NCBI GenBank assembly: GCA_051362555.1
Contig: CM120644.1
Coordinates: forward strand, 21,784,534 to 21,848,533
DNA length: 64,000 nt
Reading direction: 5' to 3'
Source of the DNA: Lingula anatina
Taxonomy: Eukaryota; Animalia; Brachiopoda
In this document: positions 21,487 through 35,471 of the stretch, piece by piece
Position numbering within the stretch: position 1 is the first letter of the stretch
How the letters are laid out: every line of letters begins with the position of its first letter
Translations under genes and position numbers: made by a program
Notes under the pieces: model-generated
The model's input: only the letters and a program-made list of their open reading frames with translations
Told to the model about the DNA's origin: nothing
The model's database searches: none

Positions 21487-24024
21487 GTACGAAATCAGTG
21501 TATGCACCAAATATGGTAAGTTTTGTACATTGTCACAGATAAGAAATGCGAGAGATATTTTTTTAAAGATCTGTATTAAGACTGGTAATGGTATGAAAGC
21601 AAATACCTCAAGTTTTACTGGAAAAAATATCTTTGTTAATATTGACAAACTAAATTAAAATATAATAAAAAATAATAAAAAGTACACAATGAAACAACAC
21701 ATGCATGATTCATAAAACCTGATGTACGAAAAAAAAAAAAAAAAAAAAAAAACGGATGTACAATATACAAACTATAAGACAATCTATGTACCAGTACAGA
21801 AATAAATTGAAATTGAAAATAATTGTTAATACTGAAAAACTATATTGAAAGATAATAAAAAAAATAATAAATAGTACACAGTGAAGCAACACATGCATGG
21901 TTCATAAAAACCTGATGTCTGAAAAAAAGTGATGTACAATATGCAAACTATAATTTACTACACGCAGTTCATTTTGATATTGCAAAACATTTTTCTCTGT
22001 ATGCTACTTTCATACCATGAATCATCAATCTAGAACATGTTGTATGTCATGAACTACAACTATTTCTCTCAAGATCTAGATTATTCCATTTTCTCAAATA
22101 AACCGCACTTTGAAATGAAAAAAGTAAACCATGAAAAAGCTGGCAGATTTTATGGAGGGTTCACACTCATTGTTTCACATAAAAATACGCTTTAGGTTTT
22201 AAAAATCGATGTTCACATTGTGAGATAGGTTAGAGGAATATAGATCATTTGTATTTTAAACATCAGTAGTTGCTCAAAAACATCTAATTAAACCCATATA
22301 ATTTGTTGCAAGCATCATTACTTCATAAATTCAAGCTGCAGATTAAAAATTCATCCATACACATGCAAAAGAATAATCAAACGCCATAACATTGCACACT
22401 TTCTATGGATTTTAATGGGATTTTAATATGGCCTCTCTTGAATACGGATGGTGTTAAATACAAAAACGCTCATAATTACCCATGTTACAATCATTCCGAA
22501 TTTTCACACACCTTTCTTTTGTGTGCCTAGTATACAGTTATTCATGTCAGTAGAGGGAGTGCTCCCCACGTGCACGATAGAGAACTGGCAGCAGGACATT
22601 CTATCTTATAGTGCCACCAATCTTTGCTTTGGGATTCATAGAAGGGCTTTTGGTGGGTTGGATTGTGAGTAGAATGTTGTTGTCGTTTATAAAATCTTTT
22701 ACCAAGCGATTTGGGGAAGCATTATCTTGCTGCAAGCGAAAGTTACCCTAGAATATTGCACGTGCAAATAGGATCTAATGATTTTGTTAGATATTTCTGT
22801 ACGCCACGGCTTTAAAGTTTTCTTCCAGAAGAACCGATTGGCTGGCCCCAATGGAACAAAAACACCACAAACATGGACAGAACCGCCCCCTGCAGCTTAA
22901 TTTCTTGTACATTTTGTAAGCTATTTTGTCAGCACACCGTTTTTGTAATGTTTCGTTTATCTTTTTCACTGCTAAACTTTGAGGAAAACAAACATTTTTG
23001 ACCATAATCGGCCCATATTATTTCGCCAGCTTTGGTCTAGATGAGTGAACAGTTGCTCATCGTGTGTGTTGAGGTTCATTGTTATCCTTTCACATAACGG
23101 ATTGATGAAATGGACAAATTCGCTTTGAATTCGAACCCGATCGAGATACTCAGATAGGTTGACTTGTTTATTGTAGTTGTTCTTATTTAAATAAAATATT
23201 TAAAGTCTAAAATCCACATTTGTTCAATTGATTTTTCAATTGGAAGATAAAATATACGATTAAAGTTAAAGTAAAACAATTAAACAAAAATTAAGTGAAA
23301 ACACCGCCAATTCCACAGGTATATATAAGGGGTTTAGTCACATGGCATTTTAAGGTCACGCATTGAAAATCGCAAAAGAAACCAAAACAAATTTAAAACT
23401 GCATTACTTCAAATACAATAATCTAAAAAGCTGTTATTCACACTTGCCCTGCGTTTAAAAGGATGTCAGTTTTTCACTCTGGTGGGAAAAGTGCCATAAA
23501 ACGGATTTTCCTGGGGTTATCGGCAATTTCATCATATTTTACAATGGTCAACGGATATTCAGAATTAGTGGATTGGTCTCTTCAAGTGTTGTGTAATAAG
23601 ATGTTATTACGGAAGGTAGCCTTCTATGAAGGTCCACGCAGTCATTGACTGAGTTTCGTTCAATAATTATCTTTATTTCTATGCAAAACCTTTTAAGATG
23701 TGTTCACTAATCATTTAACAGGGTTCCCAGTGGTTTGAAAAGCTTAATTTATCTAATTCAATGAAGAAGATTCAAAGTAAAACAATGAGAAAGTTAATAT
23801 TGATGGCATGGAATGTATTGTAGATTCCATTTAATATATATAGATATCAGGCCACAAATATGTAATTTTGTATAACACAAATGAACCATTTACTGTCCCG
23901 CATGGAAAGTAAAAACAGTTATCATGAAATAATTTAATAATCGTATGATGAAATGACTGTAGTGCATTTCCTTCATCAGTTAGTTGGCTTTTAGATCAAA
24001 ACATTAGGAAGACGACTTCCCAAG

Positions 24025-24450
24025 ATGAGGTGGAGTTTGCGCCGTCGTGTGATCCTGGCTTTCCTTTGCTTTAGTTTTTGTCTTTTTGTCGTCTCATTCA
24101 ATGTGAGAGGTAAAGACCCCCTTTTGAGCACGCTCTCTCTCTCTCTCCTACATGTACAAAAAATCAAATATTGTCTTGTCCATACGAATAATTAACATTC
24201 CGAGGAATATGTTAAGGCAACAATTTGATCACTTTTCATTAGCTAGGGCGGAAAATGTAACAATCAGCCCTTTACGGTCTGAAACATTAAATTTTATATT
24301 TTAAGCGACACTTAATGAATTCTAGGGCGTCTTCCACGCAATACTTATCACCGTAAGGTTGAGAAAAGGGTAGACCAGCTCGAGTCGACTACGATACCTA
24401 TAGAAGACATAATGGCAATGATGGGAAATGTACAGAGTGAAAATGACCAG
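24025..24450 (+). CDS. Sulfotransferase copy C exons 1-2
   Basis: Exon 1 24025-24109 MRWSLRRRVILAFLCFSFCLFVVSFNVR, G|GTAAA. Exon 2 24326-24450 (125 bp), CAG|GTAAG. Phases fit. Confidence 0.82.
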
Positions 24451-25426
24451 GTAAGAAATCAGTGTAAAAATACCTACATGTATGCACCAAAGTTGACAAT
24501 TTTTGCATATTGTGACCATTATACAATTAGTAGATTAGTGGGAAAAAGTCTATTATATGTATTAAAACTGTGAAATCAAATATTTCAAGTTCAACTTTAA
24601 CTGAAAATCTCTCTTGCAAATATTGATAAACAAAAATAAAAGATAAACATGTAAATTAATTTTCAATATTAATACAACGTACAAGCGATATCAATAGTAA
24701 CGATAACTAAGGCAGCATTAGGGCAAGTGCAGGCTCGAGAAGAAAATGTTTTGCTAGGGGCGGGGCCCGCGGGAAACATTTTCTTTAAGGACCTAAATTT
24801 GGCCACATTTCCCTAAAAACATAAACGCATCTTGTTATGGCATTGACAATTAGCTGTTAACATACCGAGGGTATGGGGTATGTGGCACACATACTAATTC
24901 ACCAACTGTTTTGACCAATGCGATGTGGTCTTTTTGCAAATTTCAATTAATTTCCATTCCCATTTTCGCGGAGTGGAATTTGTAGTACAATATTTTTTGT
25001 TAAAAGTATAAAAGAAATTACACAAGTCTCTGTGAGTGCTTTCACTTTGAGCCCACACTTCCATCAGAGGGTGCCTGGAATATCTATTCCAAATCAACGT
25101 CATTTATGGAAACTAGTAGTGAAACCCATGAACAAACATACATGTAGGTGTGCGCGCACACACATTTGTGTGATTGTTTGTGTGTTTGTGTGTGTGTTGT
25201 GTGTGTGTGTGTGTGTGTGTGAGAAAGAGAGAGAGAGAGAGAGAGAGAGACTTACATTACTGCATTAAGATTCAGTGTCTTCAGAATGTACCTGACGTCA
25301 AACCAAGTTTAAAAACTACGGTTGATCTAAATTATGTCAAGATAAACATCTCGTGTTATGGACAAAGTGTGCCAGCGTAAGGAGCTCCAAGATGTCAAAT
25401 AATGCAGAGCCTCTTATTACTTTCAG

Positions 25427-26374
25427 CAGAGCGGATTGGATGATGACGTCATTCCCGAAGAATGGCTTGAGGAAATACGAAGAAGAAAGAAACTTGTGTC
25501 CGAGGCATGCGAGAAGTATAAAACAGTAAAAATACCTCTGACAAAAGAATGGATTAAAGAAAACGGCGGCCATCTCATCGTAGAAGACCAGTATAAAATC
25601 ATATATTGCCGTGTACCTAAATCTGGGAACACAAGTTGGAAGCGCCTTTTGCTAGCATTGTCTGGTATTATAAACGATACTTCTGTAGCTCATGGCAAAA
25701 ACGGATTAAACCCACGTGATGCAGTTGAAAAATATTTGCATACGTTGGATACGCTGTCGCTTTCAAAAGCAAAACAAAAACTTAAGACGCACTTGAAAGT
25801 TATGTATCTTAGGCACCCCTTAGAACGATTACTTTCCGCATATCGTAATAAGTTGGAAAGAAATCCTTTGACACATGATGGTGTCTCATCGCAAGTGGTT
25901 CCCTACGTTATGAAGCACTATCGCGGTGTAGAACCCATTCTTCCTGTCAGTGTGAGCCAACGCCTTGGACGGATATCTGGTGTCTTTCCATCTGGAGAAG
26001 AGTTCAGTTTTCCAAAAGACGAACCGCCAAGTTGGGTACCAAAAATAACATTTGAAGAATTCCTTCGTTACGTTGGTGACAATCCAAACTTTCTGAATGG
26101 TCATTGGGCGCCCCCAAACGATTTATGTCACCCATGCGCCATTCCGTATGACGTCATAGGGTATTTTGGGACAATAAGCGAAGATGCTAACAATATCTTG
26201 AAACTAGTGCATGCATACCCAGCATTCAAATTTCCAAATATTTTCCTTAATCCAGAAACAACGTCTGATTTGTTGAACAAATATTATTCAACAGTATCAA
26301 AATCGACGTTGCAGAAAATTCGTCCAATTTACGCACTTGATGCAGCAATGTCAGCAGCTAATCTACGTATTTAG
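25427..26374 (+). CDS. Carbohydrate sulfotransferase copy C catalytic exon
   Basis: Intact 948-bp exon with PKSGNTSWKR, RHPLERLLSAYRNK and LCHPC motifs; TTTCAG acceptor. Confidence 0.92.
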   Translation, partial: QSGLDDDVIPEEWLEEIRRRKKLVSEACEKYKTVKIPLTKEWIKENGGHLIVEDQYKIIYCRVPKSGNTSWKRLLLALSGIINDTSVAHGKNGLNPRDAVEKYLHTLDTLSLSKAKQKLKTHLKVMYLRHPLERLLSAYRNKLERNPLTHDGVSSQVVPYVMKHYRGVEPILPVSVSQRLGRISGVFPSGEEFSFPKDEPPSWVPKITFEEFLRYVGDNPNFLNGHWAPPNDLCHPCAIPYDVIGYFGTISEDANNILKLVHAYPAFKFPNIFLNPETTSDLLNKYYSTVSKSTLQKIRPIYALDAAMSAANLRI

Positions 26375-28953
26375 TTAAAGATGAATTTTGCCACAAAGCC
26401 AACCAAATGCCACTACATCCAAATAGTGTAATTGGGAGGATTTGTTTTGCTTGCTCTCTGTGCTGTTTATAAATGGGGCAGATAAATAGGCTAGATAAGT
26501 AGGTAAAATTTAAAGAAAATTTTAATGAAGATGCAGTTAGTAGAACTTTTGTGGCTAGTCGTTTGAATTCCTTTGTTGATCCCTTGATATATTAGAATAT
26601 CAAAATACATCGCTTAACATTGCCTAAAACTAGATAATTCAACGGATTTTTTCTGCTTGCTTTCTGTGCTGTGTATAAACGGGCCATATTCTAGTAAGTA
26701 GGCTAGGTACCCTGTAAGTAGGTCAAATTTATGAAAAATTGAAAGAGAATTTAAGGTGCAGTTTATAGCTCTTTTGTGGCTGATCGTGTGATTAATTCAG
26801 TTGATCCCTTGGAATCGTACACATTATTTTAATCGTTTTATGACGCATTCAGAACAGCAAACTAACAGATCCTCGGATCAAATGTGGCCGACCCACTTGA
26901 ATATTTGTTGCGTAATCCCCAAGGGGAATCTATTCAGAGTCCAATTCGAAATTAAGCGGCAAGCTTTTTAAGTGTGTCGTCAAATTTGATCCGCGGATGC
27001 TAGTTTGCTGTATCAGCCCTTAGAAACCAGTGGGTTTTCACGTTCCACAAACGCTCAGTTCCAGTGTACCTTTAAACTGAGTTTGCGTTCTGTTAGCACG
27101 TAATGGAAATTCAATTAGATTGTCAACCATCCAGGGACAGAAGGCCAAGCATGGGGATAATTTCTGAGCTATGCATGCACTAACGACTGCTATGTCCATA
27201 TTGACGGCGATGACAATAATTTGGCGTCCTAAGGTGGGAGCAACAAAGTGGCGGGACCTATATGAGGCTTCGGGAGTTGGGCACCACGTTGGCCTCAATG
27301 TCGGCATTATTAATGGATAAATAAATACGGAATTTAAATGAACATATATCGTGTTATATATCTTAAATGAAACTGCTTTTATATTGGTGTAAAAAATTCC
27401 TGGTTTGATATAAATACTTACTAGGAAAGCTCATTGACATTTTAATTCTTTTATTTTTTCAGTGTAATCCTATGACAATGCCTGAATTGATACTAAGTCA
27501 TGAATTTTTCCAACTTTCATCAAGTTTCATCCAGATAAGATTCCGATTGGCAATATTTTAGAGTTTTAAACTGTCATTAAGATAGACGTTTGCGCAAGAG
27601 GGTTAACCACAGTTTACCATTGTCATCAACCGTTTCCACGTCTATAAGTAATTTGTTGGTGTAACAATAAATCACTACCCGCCCAAACACCGAAGATTAA
27701 TTGCTATTTACCGATGTCGGAGTGTTTTAAATTCATAGTTGGCAACACAACTGGATTCAAAAATAATTGTCCAGATAAAGGCTAAAATTTCCAGCACTTT
27801 CTCTCATTCATTTGATTTCATGCAAAAGTAAGACTAAAACTAATGGTGGTTAAGTTAATTATTTGATAGATCATTTATATTTTAAACTTCAGTTGCTCAA
27901 AACATCTAATTAAATCCATAGATTTTGTTATTAGCATCATAATTTCATAAATGCACAGCTGTATCAATGGAGATCGAAAATGTTTAATCTATTCGCTGTT
28001 ATATTTAGAAAAATTAATTATTGACCATTAAGATCTCATATTGGTCTTCCCTCTTGGGTCTAGATCCGTGAACAGTTGCTCATCGTGTTTGTTGAGGTTC
28101 ATTGTTATCCTCTCACATAATGGATTGATGAAATGGACAGATTCGCTCTGAATATGAGATACTTATATAGGTTGACTTGTCTGATGTAGTTGTTCTTTTC
28201 TTCTTCATTTAAAGTCTAAAATCCATTTGATGTTCAATAGACTTTTCAATATGAAGATAAAATATACGATTAAAGTTAAAGTAAAGGAAAATGATTAAAC
28301 AAAAAAATCTTAATTAAGTGAAAACATAGCTAATTTTATATATCAGGTAACGTGGAGAGTAAGAAAATGTAACTAGTTCAGGGCTTTAGTCTCATGGCAT
28401 TTCAAGGTGACTCTTTGAAAATGCCAATATGACAATTATGAAATTTTCACAAAGAAACCAAAACAAATCTACATTACTTCAAGAACAATAATCCAATAAA
28501 GCTGTTATATATATACAACTGATATGCTAATATTATGCACCGGCATTGCATGCAAAAGTATATCAAACCCATATATATTTAAAGCTTGCGTTTCTTTCTT
28601 TGGCTTGTACATCGTCTGCAGTGTGATGAATCCCTCCAATTGGTCAACCAGCATACACTATCCATTTTTTATTCTGCTCTAGAAAAATATAAATCACTTG
28701 CAATTGTTTGACTCCTCCTCTACTTGTTTAAATCTAGACGCCACCTGGCCGTCACTTTAAGAATATTATACTTTGTTATACGCCCTTTCAGACTGAGCGG
28801 AAACTCTGAAATCTACATGTCGTCCCTCTTAGTATAAGGAAGAACAACTCTAAATTTTGGCGGGAAAAGTGCCATAAAAAGATTTTCCTGGGGTAAACAA
28901 CGATGTTCTCATGCTAACCGATAGTAAATGAATCCGTTTTGACATTCAAAGTA

Positions 28954-30600
28954 CAGGGTTGCTACTTAATATGGAATATTTTTTATCATTGTTATTTTTG
29001 AGTGCTGATTAAATATTTTTTGGTTTGATTCATCAAAAAAGTATATCATTGAGTGAGAATAATATCCAGTCTTCCATTGTGAGATATTTTGGTCAATAAT
29101 ATCAAATCTGATATAAGATGACATTCAAAAGAAAAGAACACCCACAGAAAACCATATCAACAGTTTGATGTCAGTATTAACTTTAAGCTAAGATATTAAA
29201 GAAAATGATAGCCTCCGGACAGTGATATGTTACACAGCAAAAAAATCATTACAGTAAATCATGAAAAGTCATCAATAGCGGGTATGACCTCCAGCAGCCG
29301 CTTGCAGCGCCATCATGCCATATCCTGTGACAAGTTTTTTAGAGTTTGGATGCGGATATCATTCCGCGCAGTGATATTTGCCTGTCGCATTACATCACTA
29401 TTTACCGGCCGATGACCATAGCTGTTAATTCTCTGAGTTACTTCCGCCCACAGAATTTCAATTGGGTTCATTACTGGGGAGTGTGCAGGCCAGGGCAGTT
29501 GCTGAACCCACTGGTTTTGAAGAAAAACAGTGATTCTGCGAGCTCGATGTTGGGTTGCACAGTCGTCTTGGTACACAAATCTGTTCCTAAAGATGACTCT
29601 TACAAATCGAAGCATTGTTTGCTGTAGAATATCTCTGTAGGAACCCTGGTTGAGGTTGCCTCCCAGAAAAACCAACTGGTTTTGGGCACCGGCATGGAAT
29701 GCTCCCCAAACAGAGACGTTACCACCCCCTGCTTGCACCCTAAGTAGTACACAATCATCGTTTTATGCCTCTTGTACGCGTCGGCGGACACGGATTCGAC
29801 AGTCAACCCCCAAAATTCCATATCTGACCTCGTCACTGAAAACGACGTGATTCCAGTGTTTTGGCTGCAAAAGCACGTGGTCCCCATTGCAGACGTCGCT
29901 TTATATGACCTGCTGTTAACAGTGGTTTACGTACTGGTCTTCGTGCAAAATAACCAGTTTGCTGTAATCTTTTGTTCACAAGGGACCTTGAAACGGGCGT
30001 TTGAAAGGCATTCTGCCACTCTTTTTTGAGGACACTGGTTGTCTTTGTACGACCAGCACGGCGCACTCTAAGGAGAAGGCGATCCTGTCTTCTTGGTGTG
30101 GTACACGGACACCCTGATGGAAGTATTGGAGTTGGTGCCCCTGTTGTAGCATTTGTTTGGAGGACTTTACTAACGGTTCCTGAAAAATGTTGAATTGTCT
30201 GGCAATGGCTGTCCGTTTCTAGCCATTTTCTCCGAGAGCAAGAATCCCATAGTAAGCTGCGTTGCTTAGCTGTCGAACCATATCTTCTCTAAGGTAACTG
30301 ACAAGTTTCAGAGCGATCCCTTTGTTGCTTCTCTAAATACACTCCAAAGATTGACCAAACCCATGCGCTTTTATACAAGGGCAGAAATTGCCAAAAAGAC
30401 CACCCCTCACATTTCTGACCACAGAACATGCAACTGCTTACATTAATTGTTTCGAAAGTTGCATGGTAATTAGGTAACACACCTGGCTACACATAAAGTG
30501 ACACCTCAGTTTTGGATTTAAAATAGTTGGAGAGAAATTCAATATTTTGTAGAACATTTTCTCGACAAAAAATAATATTCCATATTAAGTGGTAACCCTG
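28954..30600 (-). mobile_element. Tc1 transposon, full length, with frameshifted transposase
   Basis: TA|CAGGGTTGCTACTTAATATGGAATAT ... ATATTCCATATTAAGTGGTAACCCTG|TA. Fragments RRPVRKPLLT, GGGNVSVWGAF, YQDDCATQH, WPAHSPVMNPIE. Absent at the paralogous site near 23500-23600. Confidence 0.92.
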
Positions 30601-31224
30601 TAAGTTGTTTTTAAGTGTTTCTTAAGATGTTAAATTACGGAGGGTAGTCTTGTATGACAGTCAACGTAGTTTGATGGGAAGCTTAGATTTCAGAATAATT
30701 GCGTTGTCCCTCGATCGGTTGAATTACTGTGAGATTTAATTACTGTGTCCCTGCAGGACTCTTATTTTGGCGGTAATCTCTTAAGAGCGTCTATGAAGGC
30801 CCACATCGTCCGATGGCAAGCACATATTTCAGAATGATTGCGATAACCGCTGATTTGATGGTAAAATGGAATTCATTATATATCTATGTGTTTTTTAGAA
30901 TGTATTTAGTATGGAATTTTGAATATCATTTGAAGTGCTGTACGAACTTTTTGCCTCTTATATTTACAATGTGTATGATACGTCAGAATGGAATGCCCTC
31001 TGAATTCCATTTAATATACAGATATCGGGTCACATATTTGTACTTTCTGTTCCATTAATGAGCTCATTAGTGTTCCACATGGAAAGTGTACATTTGTACA
31101 TCAATATATCATGAAGTGATGTTACGTTACCTGTATCGTGTGGACTGAAATGACCATAGTTAATTTCGTTCTTGGGTGAGTTGATTTCGATCCACACATT
31201 AGAACAGAACAACAACTTCCCAAG

Positions 31225-31620
31225 ATGAGGTGGATCTTGCTTCGTCGTGCGATACTGGGTTTTCTTTGCTTTAGTTTTTGCCTTTTTGTCATCTCATTCA
31301 GCGTGAGAGGTAAGACCCTCGTCTCTCTTTCCCTCTTTCTCTCAAATATTGTCTATAGGGACGATTATTCGAGTAAAAATGTCAAGGGGGTAATCTGAAC
31401 TCTTTTCAATAGCTAAGGCGGAAAATATAACCGTAGGACATTTATGGTCTGAAATATTCAATTTTATATTTTAATCGACACTTAATAAATTCTAGGGCGT
31501 GTTACGCTTGATACTAGACACCTTAAGTTTGAGGAAAAGGTAGATCAGCTCGAGGCGACTACGATACCTATACAAGACATAATGGCAATGATGGGAAATG
31601 GACATAGTGAAAATGACCAG
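31225..31620 (+). CDS. Sulfotransferase copy D exons 1-2
   Basis: Exon 1 31225-31309 MRWILLRRAILGFLCFSFCLFVISFSVR, G|GTAAG. Exon 2 31496-31620, CAG|GTAAG. Confidence 0.82.
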
Positions 31621-32139
31621 GTAAGAAATCAGTGTAAAAAATACCTATGCACCAAAGTGGACAATTTTGTTCATTGTGACCATTACACAATTAGTAGATT
31701 ACTGTGAAAAAGGTCTATTGTATGTATTAAAGCTGTAAAATCAAATATCTCAAGTTCAACTGTAATTGAAAATCTCTCTTGCAAATATTGATAAACAAAA
31801 ATAAAAGATAAACATGTAAAATAAATTTCGATATTAATACAATGTACAAGCAATATCAGTAGAAACGATAACTAAGACAGCAATAAGGGCAAGTGGACAC
31901 TTAGAATAAAATCGGAGTCCAAGTAACTCCAAACTTGGAGTCCACCAGTGGTGCCTAAAATAACTCCCAATTGGGGTCAAGTTGACTCTGATGGAGTAAC
32001 GCCATTCCAGACCCCACAGGAGGGTCACAATTGACTGCATTCACACATCCCTTCATCCCTTGATTTATCTCTACAAAAGAGTCACCATGACCCCATACTA
32101 AGGAATTTTTGACTCCTTGGCCCATTGTAAAACGAAACA

Positions 32140-32266
32140 GCAACAACAATGCCAAGCGGGGAGACAGCAGGTACCGGTTTTCAAAGACCGACGTGTCCCG
32201 GCGGAGATTTGAACCCACGTTCTCCTGCTTTGGAGGTGGGCATTCTAACCACTAGACCATCCGATT
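32140..32266 (-). mobile_element. tRNA-derived SINE head / tRNA pseudogene
   Basis: - strand A box TGGTCTAGTGG and B box GGTTCAAATC at tRNA spacing; stems pair poorly; non-tRNA body follows. Confidence 0.6.
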
Positions 32267-32324
32267 GCATATGACATAGGAAAAGCAATAACGAACAGTT
32301 TGTAAATCTGGTAATAAACAGCAT

Positions 32325-32371
<47 letters not shown>

Positions 32372-33473
32372 TCCCAGCCCGAGAGCAACTGAGCTGCCGC
32401 TAGTGGGAATTTAGACACACCGGAAGTTATAATATTTTGAATCGAGTAAAATTCTGAAGATTTACAAGGTGTCAGAAACGGTGGAATATCTGGACTATTA
32501 AGCCAATGAAAGTACTGTTATGCATTTTCTCATTTAAAAAAAATAAATTTCAATTTCGATGGGATGCATTTTGAGTTGATCTAGGTCCGATTTTGTGTAA
32601 AAAAATGAGTTTGAAATCGAAATTCTGTGAAAGCAATTACAAAAGTTCAACTTTACCCCTAATGTTTGTACCCTTAGAGGTCTCGTGCCAACTTGAAATT
32701 ACACTAAATTGTGGCAAATTTATTCATCTTTTTGCCATAGTAACCATAAAGGGAATTATCCATTAAGCCAGAAGTGTCTTGATTCAATCCACAGTCGTGT
32801 CATACCAAGACATGGCACTCGTAAGATCCGTACAGTGGCCTCGTTTGCACTATGTGCATTAAAGGGCCATCCAGCCTCGTTTGGGTTTTTTTTTGTACGC
32901 TAGAACACAATCAATAGCCAGACTGTAAATGTATTGACATACTAATACTAGGCTGGAGTTGGAAGAAACAGGGAAATAAAAAAAAAGATAATTCGTTAGG
33001 ATGCTCATGTTAATAAATGTTACATATTTTTCTAAGGTAAATGGGTATTTTTGATGAGGCTAACTTGTAGGGTATATTAATAATTTTATTAAAAGATGAA
33101 AAGATAACAACAGAATTAAGCCAAGTATTATACTTCATTAATTTTTGTTTAAATATTTATATTTAAATTTGAGATAACTTGTATGCCAACTAAAATAAAA
33201 CAATCAACCCAAGAGCAAATATCAATACACTTACATACAGTAATATGCAAAAATATATTTTTATCAAAAGTATTTTTTTTTATTTTCACAACATATAGTG
33301 ATTGGTATAAATACATGAATCTACATCAGTACACTTCACATTGCAGTTCATAAGATGTTTCTTTTAATAGGAAGGTACCTCTGCATTTAACATATATAAT
33401 ATCAATTAACTTTCAAAAACTAAACTTTTGCTTATTAGTCACGTTCTAGTCCATCTTTGTTGCATCCGAAGTG

Positions 33474-33805
<332 letters not shown>

Positions 33806-34302
33806 AGTGGTTAAACTACATTGTGATGATACAATAACAATTAGCATAAGCAACAGCATAGGTCAAAAATATCCTTAATTAATTGCATATGCCAGAGGTT
33901 GTGTCATGGTGCTCTACATGAATGTTGCAAAGCATTTGGAATTGATGGGTGCTACTGTCATGAGGGTTGCAGGTTCCATTCATGTGGTCTTCATTTAAGC
34001 CTAGTAGAAATAAAAAAATCAATAGCATATAATATTCCAACTATGAAAATATTCTTAATCTAATGATAAAAATAACAAACCGGGAAAATTTACACACACA
34101 TGCACACAAGAACTGAAATAAATACAATAATAGTAATATCTGACAATTTAGTCTTTAAGCCACTGTATTGAACATTCTCAATCAACGACAGTATAAAAAA
34201 TGGAAGGGTAAAAAAAAATCTTATATGTACCCCCGTATTTAGGTTATTATAGACTACCCCCCACCCCCCGCACACACTCGAGAGCGCATACACACCCGGT
34301 AC

Positions 34303-34334
<32 letters not shown>

Positions 34335-34523
34335 CGTAGAGAGAGAACTTACATTACAGCATTAAGATTCAGTGTCTTCAGAATGTACCTGTGGTCAAAC
34401 CAAGTTTAAAAACTACGGTTGATCTAAATTATATCAAGATAAACATCTCATATTATGGACAAAGTGTGCCAGCGTAAGGAGCACCAAGATGTCAAATAAT
34501 GCAAAGCCTCTTATTACTTTCAG

Positions 34524-35471
34524 CAGAACGGATTGGATGATGACGTCATTCCAGAAGAATGGCGCGAGGAAATACGAAGGAGAAAAAAACTTGTGTCCGA
34601 GGCATGCGAGAAGTACAAATCTGTAAAAATACCTCTGACAAAAGAGTGGATTAAAGAAAACGGCGACCATCTCATCGTAGAAGACCAGTATAAAATCATA
34701 TATTGCCGCGTACCTAAATCTGGGAACACAAGTTGGAAGCGCCTTTTGCTAGCACTGTCTGGCATTATAAACGATACTTCTATGGCTCATGGCAAAAACG
34801 GATTTAACCCTCGTGATTTGGTTAAAAAATATTTGCATACGTTGGATACACTGACGTTTTCGGAAGCAAAACAAAAACTTGAGACTCACTTGAAAGTAAT
34901 GTATTTGAGACATCCTTTGGAAAGATTACTTTCTGCATACCGTAATAAGTTGGAAAGAAATCCTTTAATGCATGCCGATATCTCTTCGCAAGTGGTTCCC
35001 TACGTTATGAGACACTATCGCGGTGTAGAACCTATTCTTCCCGTCAGTGTGAGCCAAAGCCGTGGACGGATATCTGGTGTCTTTCCATCTGGAGAAGAGT
35101 TCAGTTTTCCAAAAGATGAACCGCCAAGTTGGGTACCAAAGATAACATTTGAAGAATTTCTTCGTTACGTTGGTGACAACCCAAACTTTCTTAATGGTCA
35201 CTGGGCGCCCCCAAACGATTTATGTCACCCATGTGTCATTCAATATGACGTCATAGGGTATTTTGGGACAATAAGCGAGGATGCAAACAATATCTTGAAA
35301 CTGGTACATGCGTACCCAGCATTCAAATTTCCAAATATGTTCCTTAATCCAGAAACAACGTCTAATTTGGTAAAAAGATATTATTCATCAGTATCAAAAT
35401 CGACGTTGCAGAAAATTCGTCCAATTTACGCACTTGATGCAGCAATGTCAGCAGCTAATTTACGTATTTAG
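34524..35471 (+). CDS. Carbohydrate sulfotransferase copy D catalytic exon
   Basis: Intact 948-bp exon, same PAPS-binding motifs, TTTCAG acceptor. Confidence 0.92.
   Translation, partial: QNGLDDDVIPEEWREEIRRRKKLVSEACEKYKSVKIPLTKEWIKENGDHLIVEDQYKIIYCRVPKSGNTSWKRLLLALSGIINDTSMAHGKNGFNPRDLVKKYLHTLDTLTFSEAKQKLETHLKVMYLRHPLERLLSAYRNKLERNPLMHADISSQVVPYVMRHYRGVEPILPVSVSQSRGRISGVFPSGEEFSFPKDEPPSWVPKITFEEFLRYVGDNPNFLNGHWAPPNDLCHPCVIQYDVIGYFGTISEDANNILKLVHAYPAFKFPNMFLNPETTSNLVKRYYSSVSKSTLQKIRPIYALDAAMSAANLRI

Noticed and set aside
32195-32266. Functional tRNA-Trp(CCA)
   Set aside because: Acceptor and anticodon stems do not pair; better explained as a SINE head.
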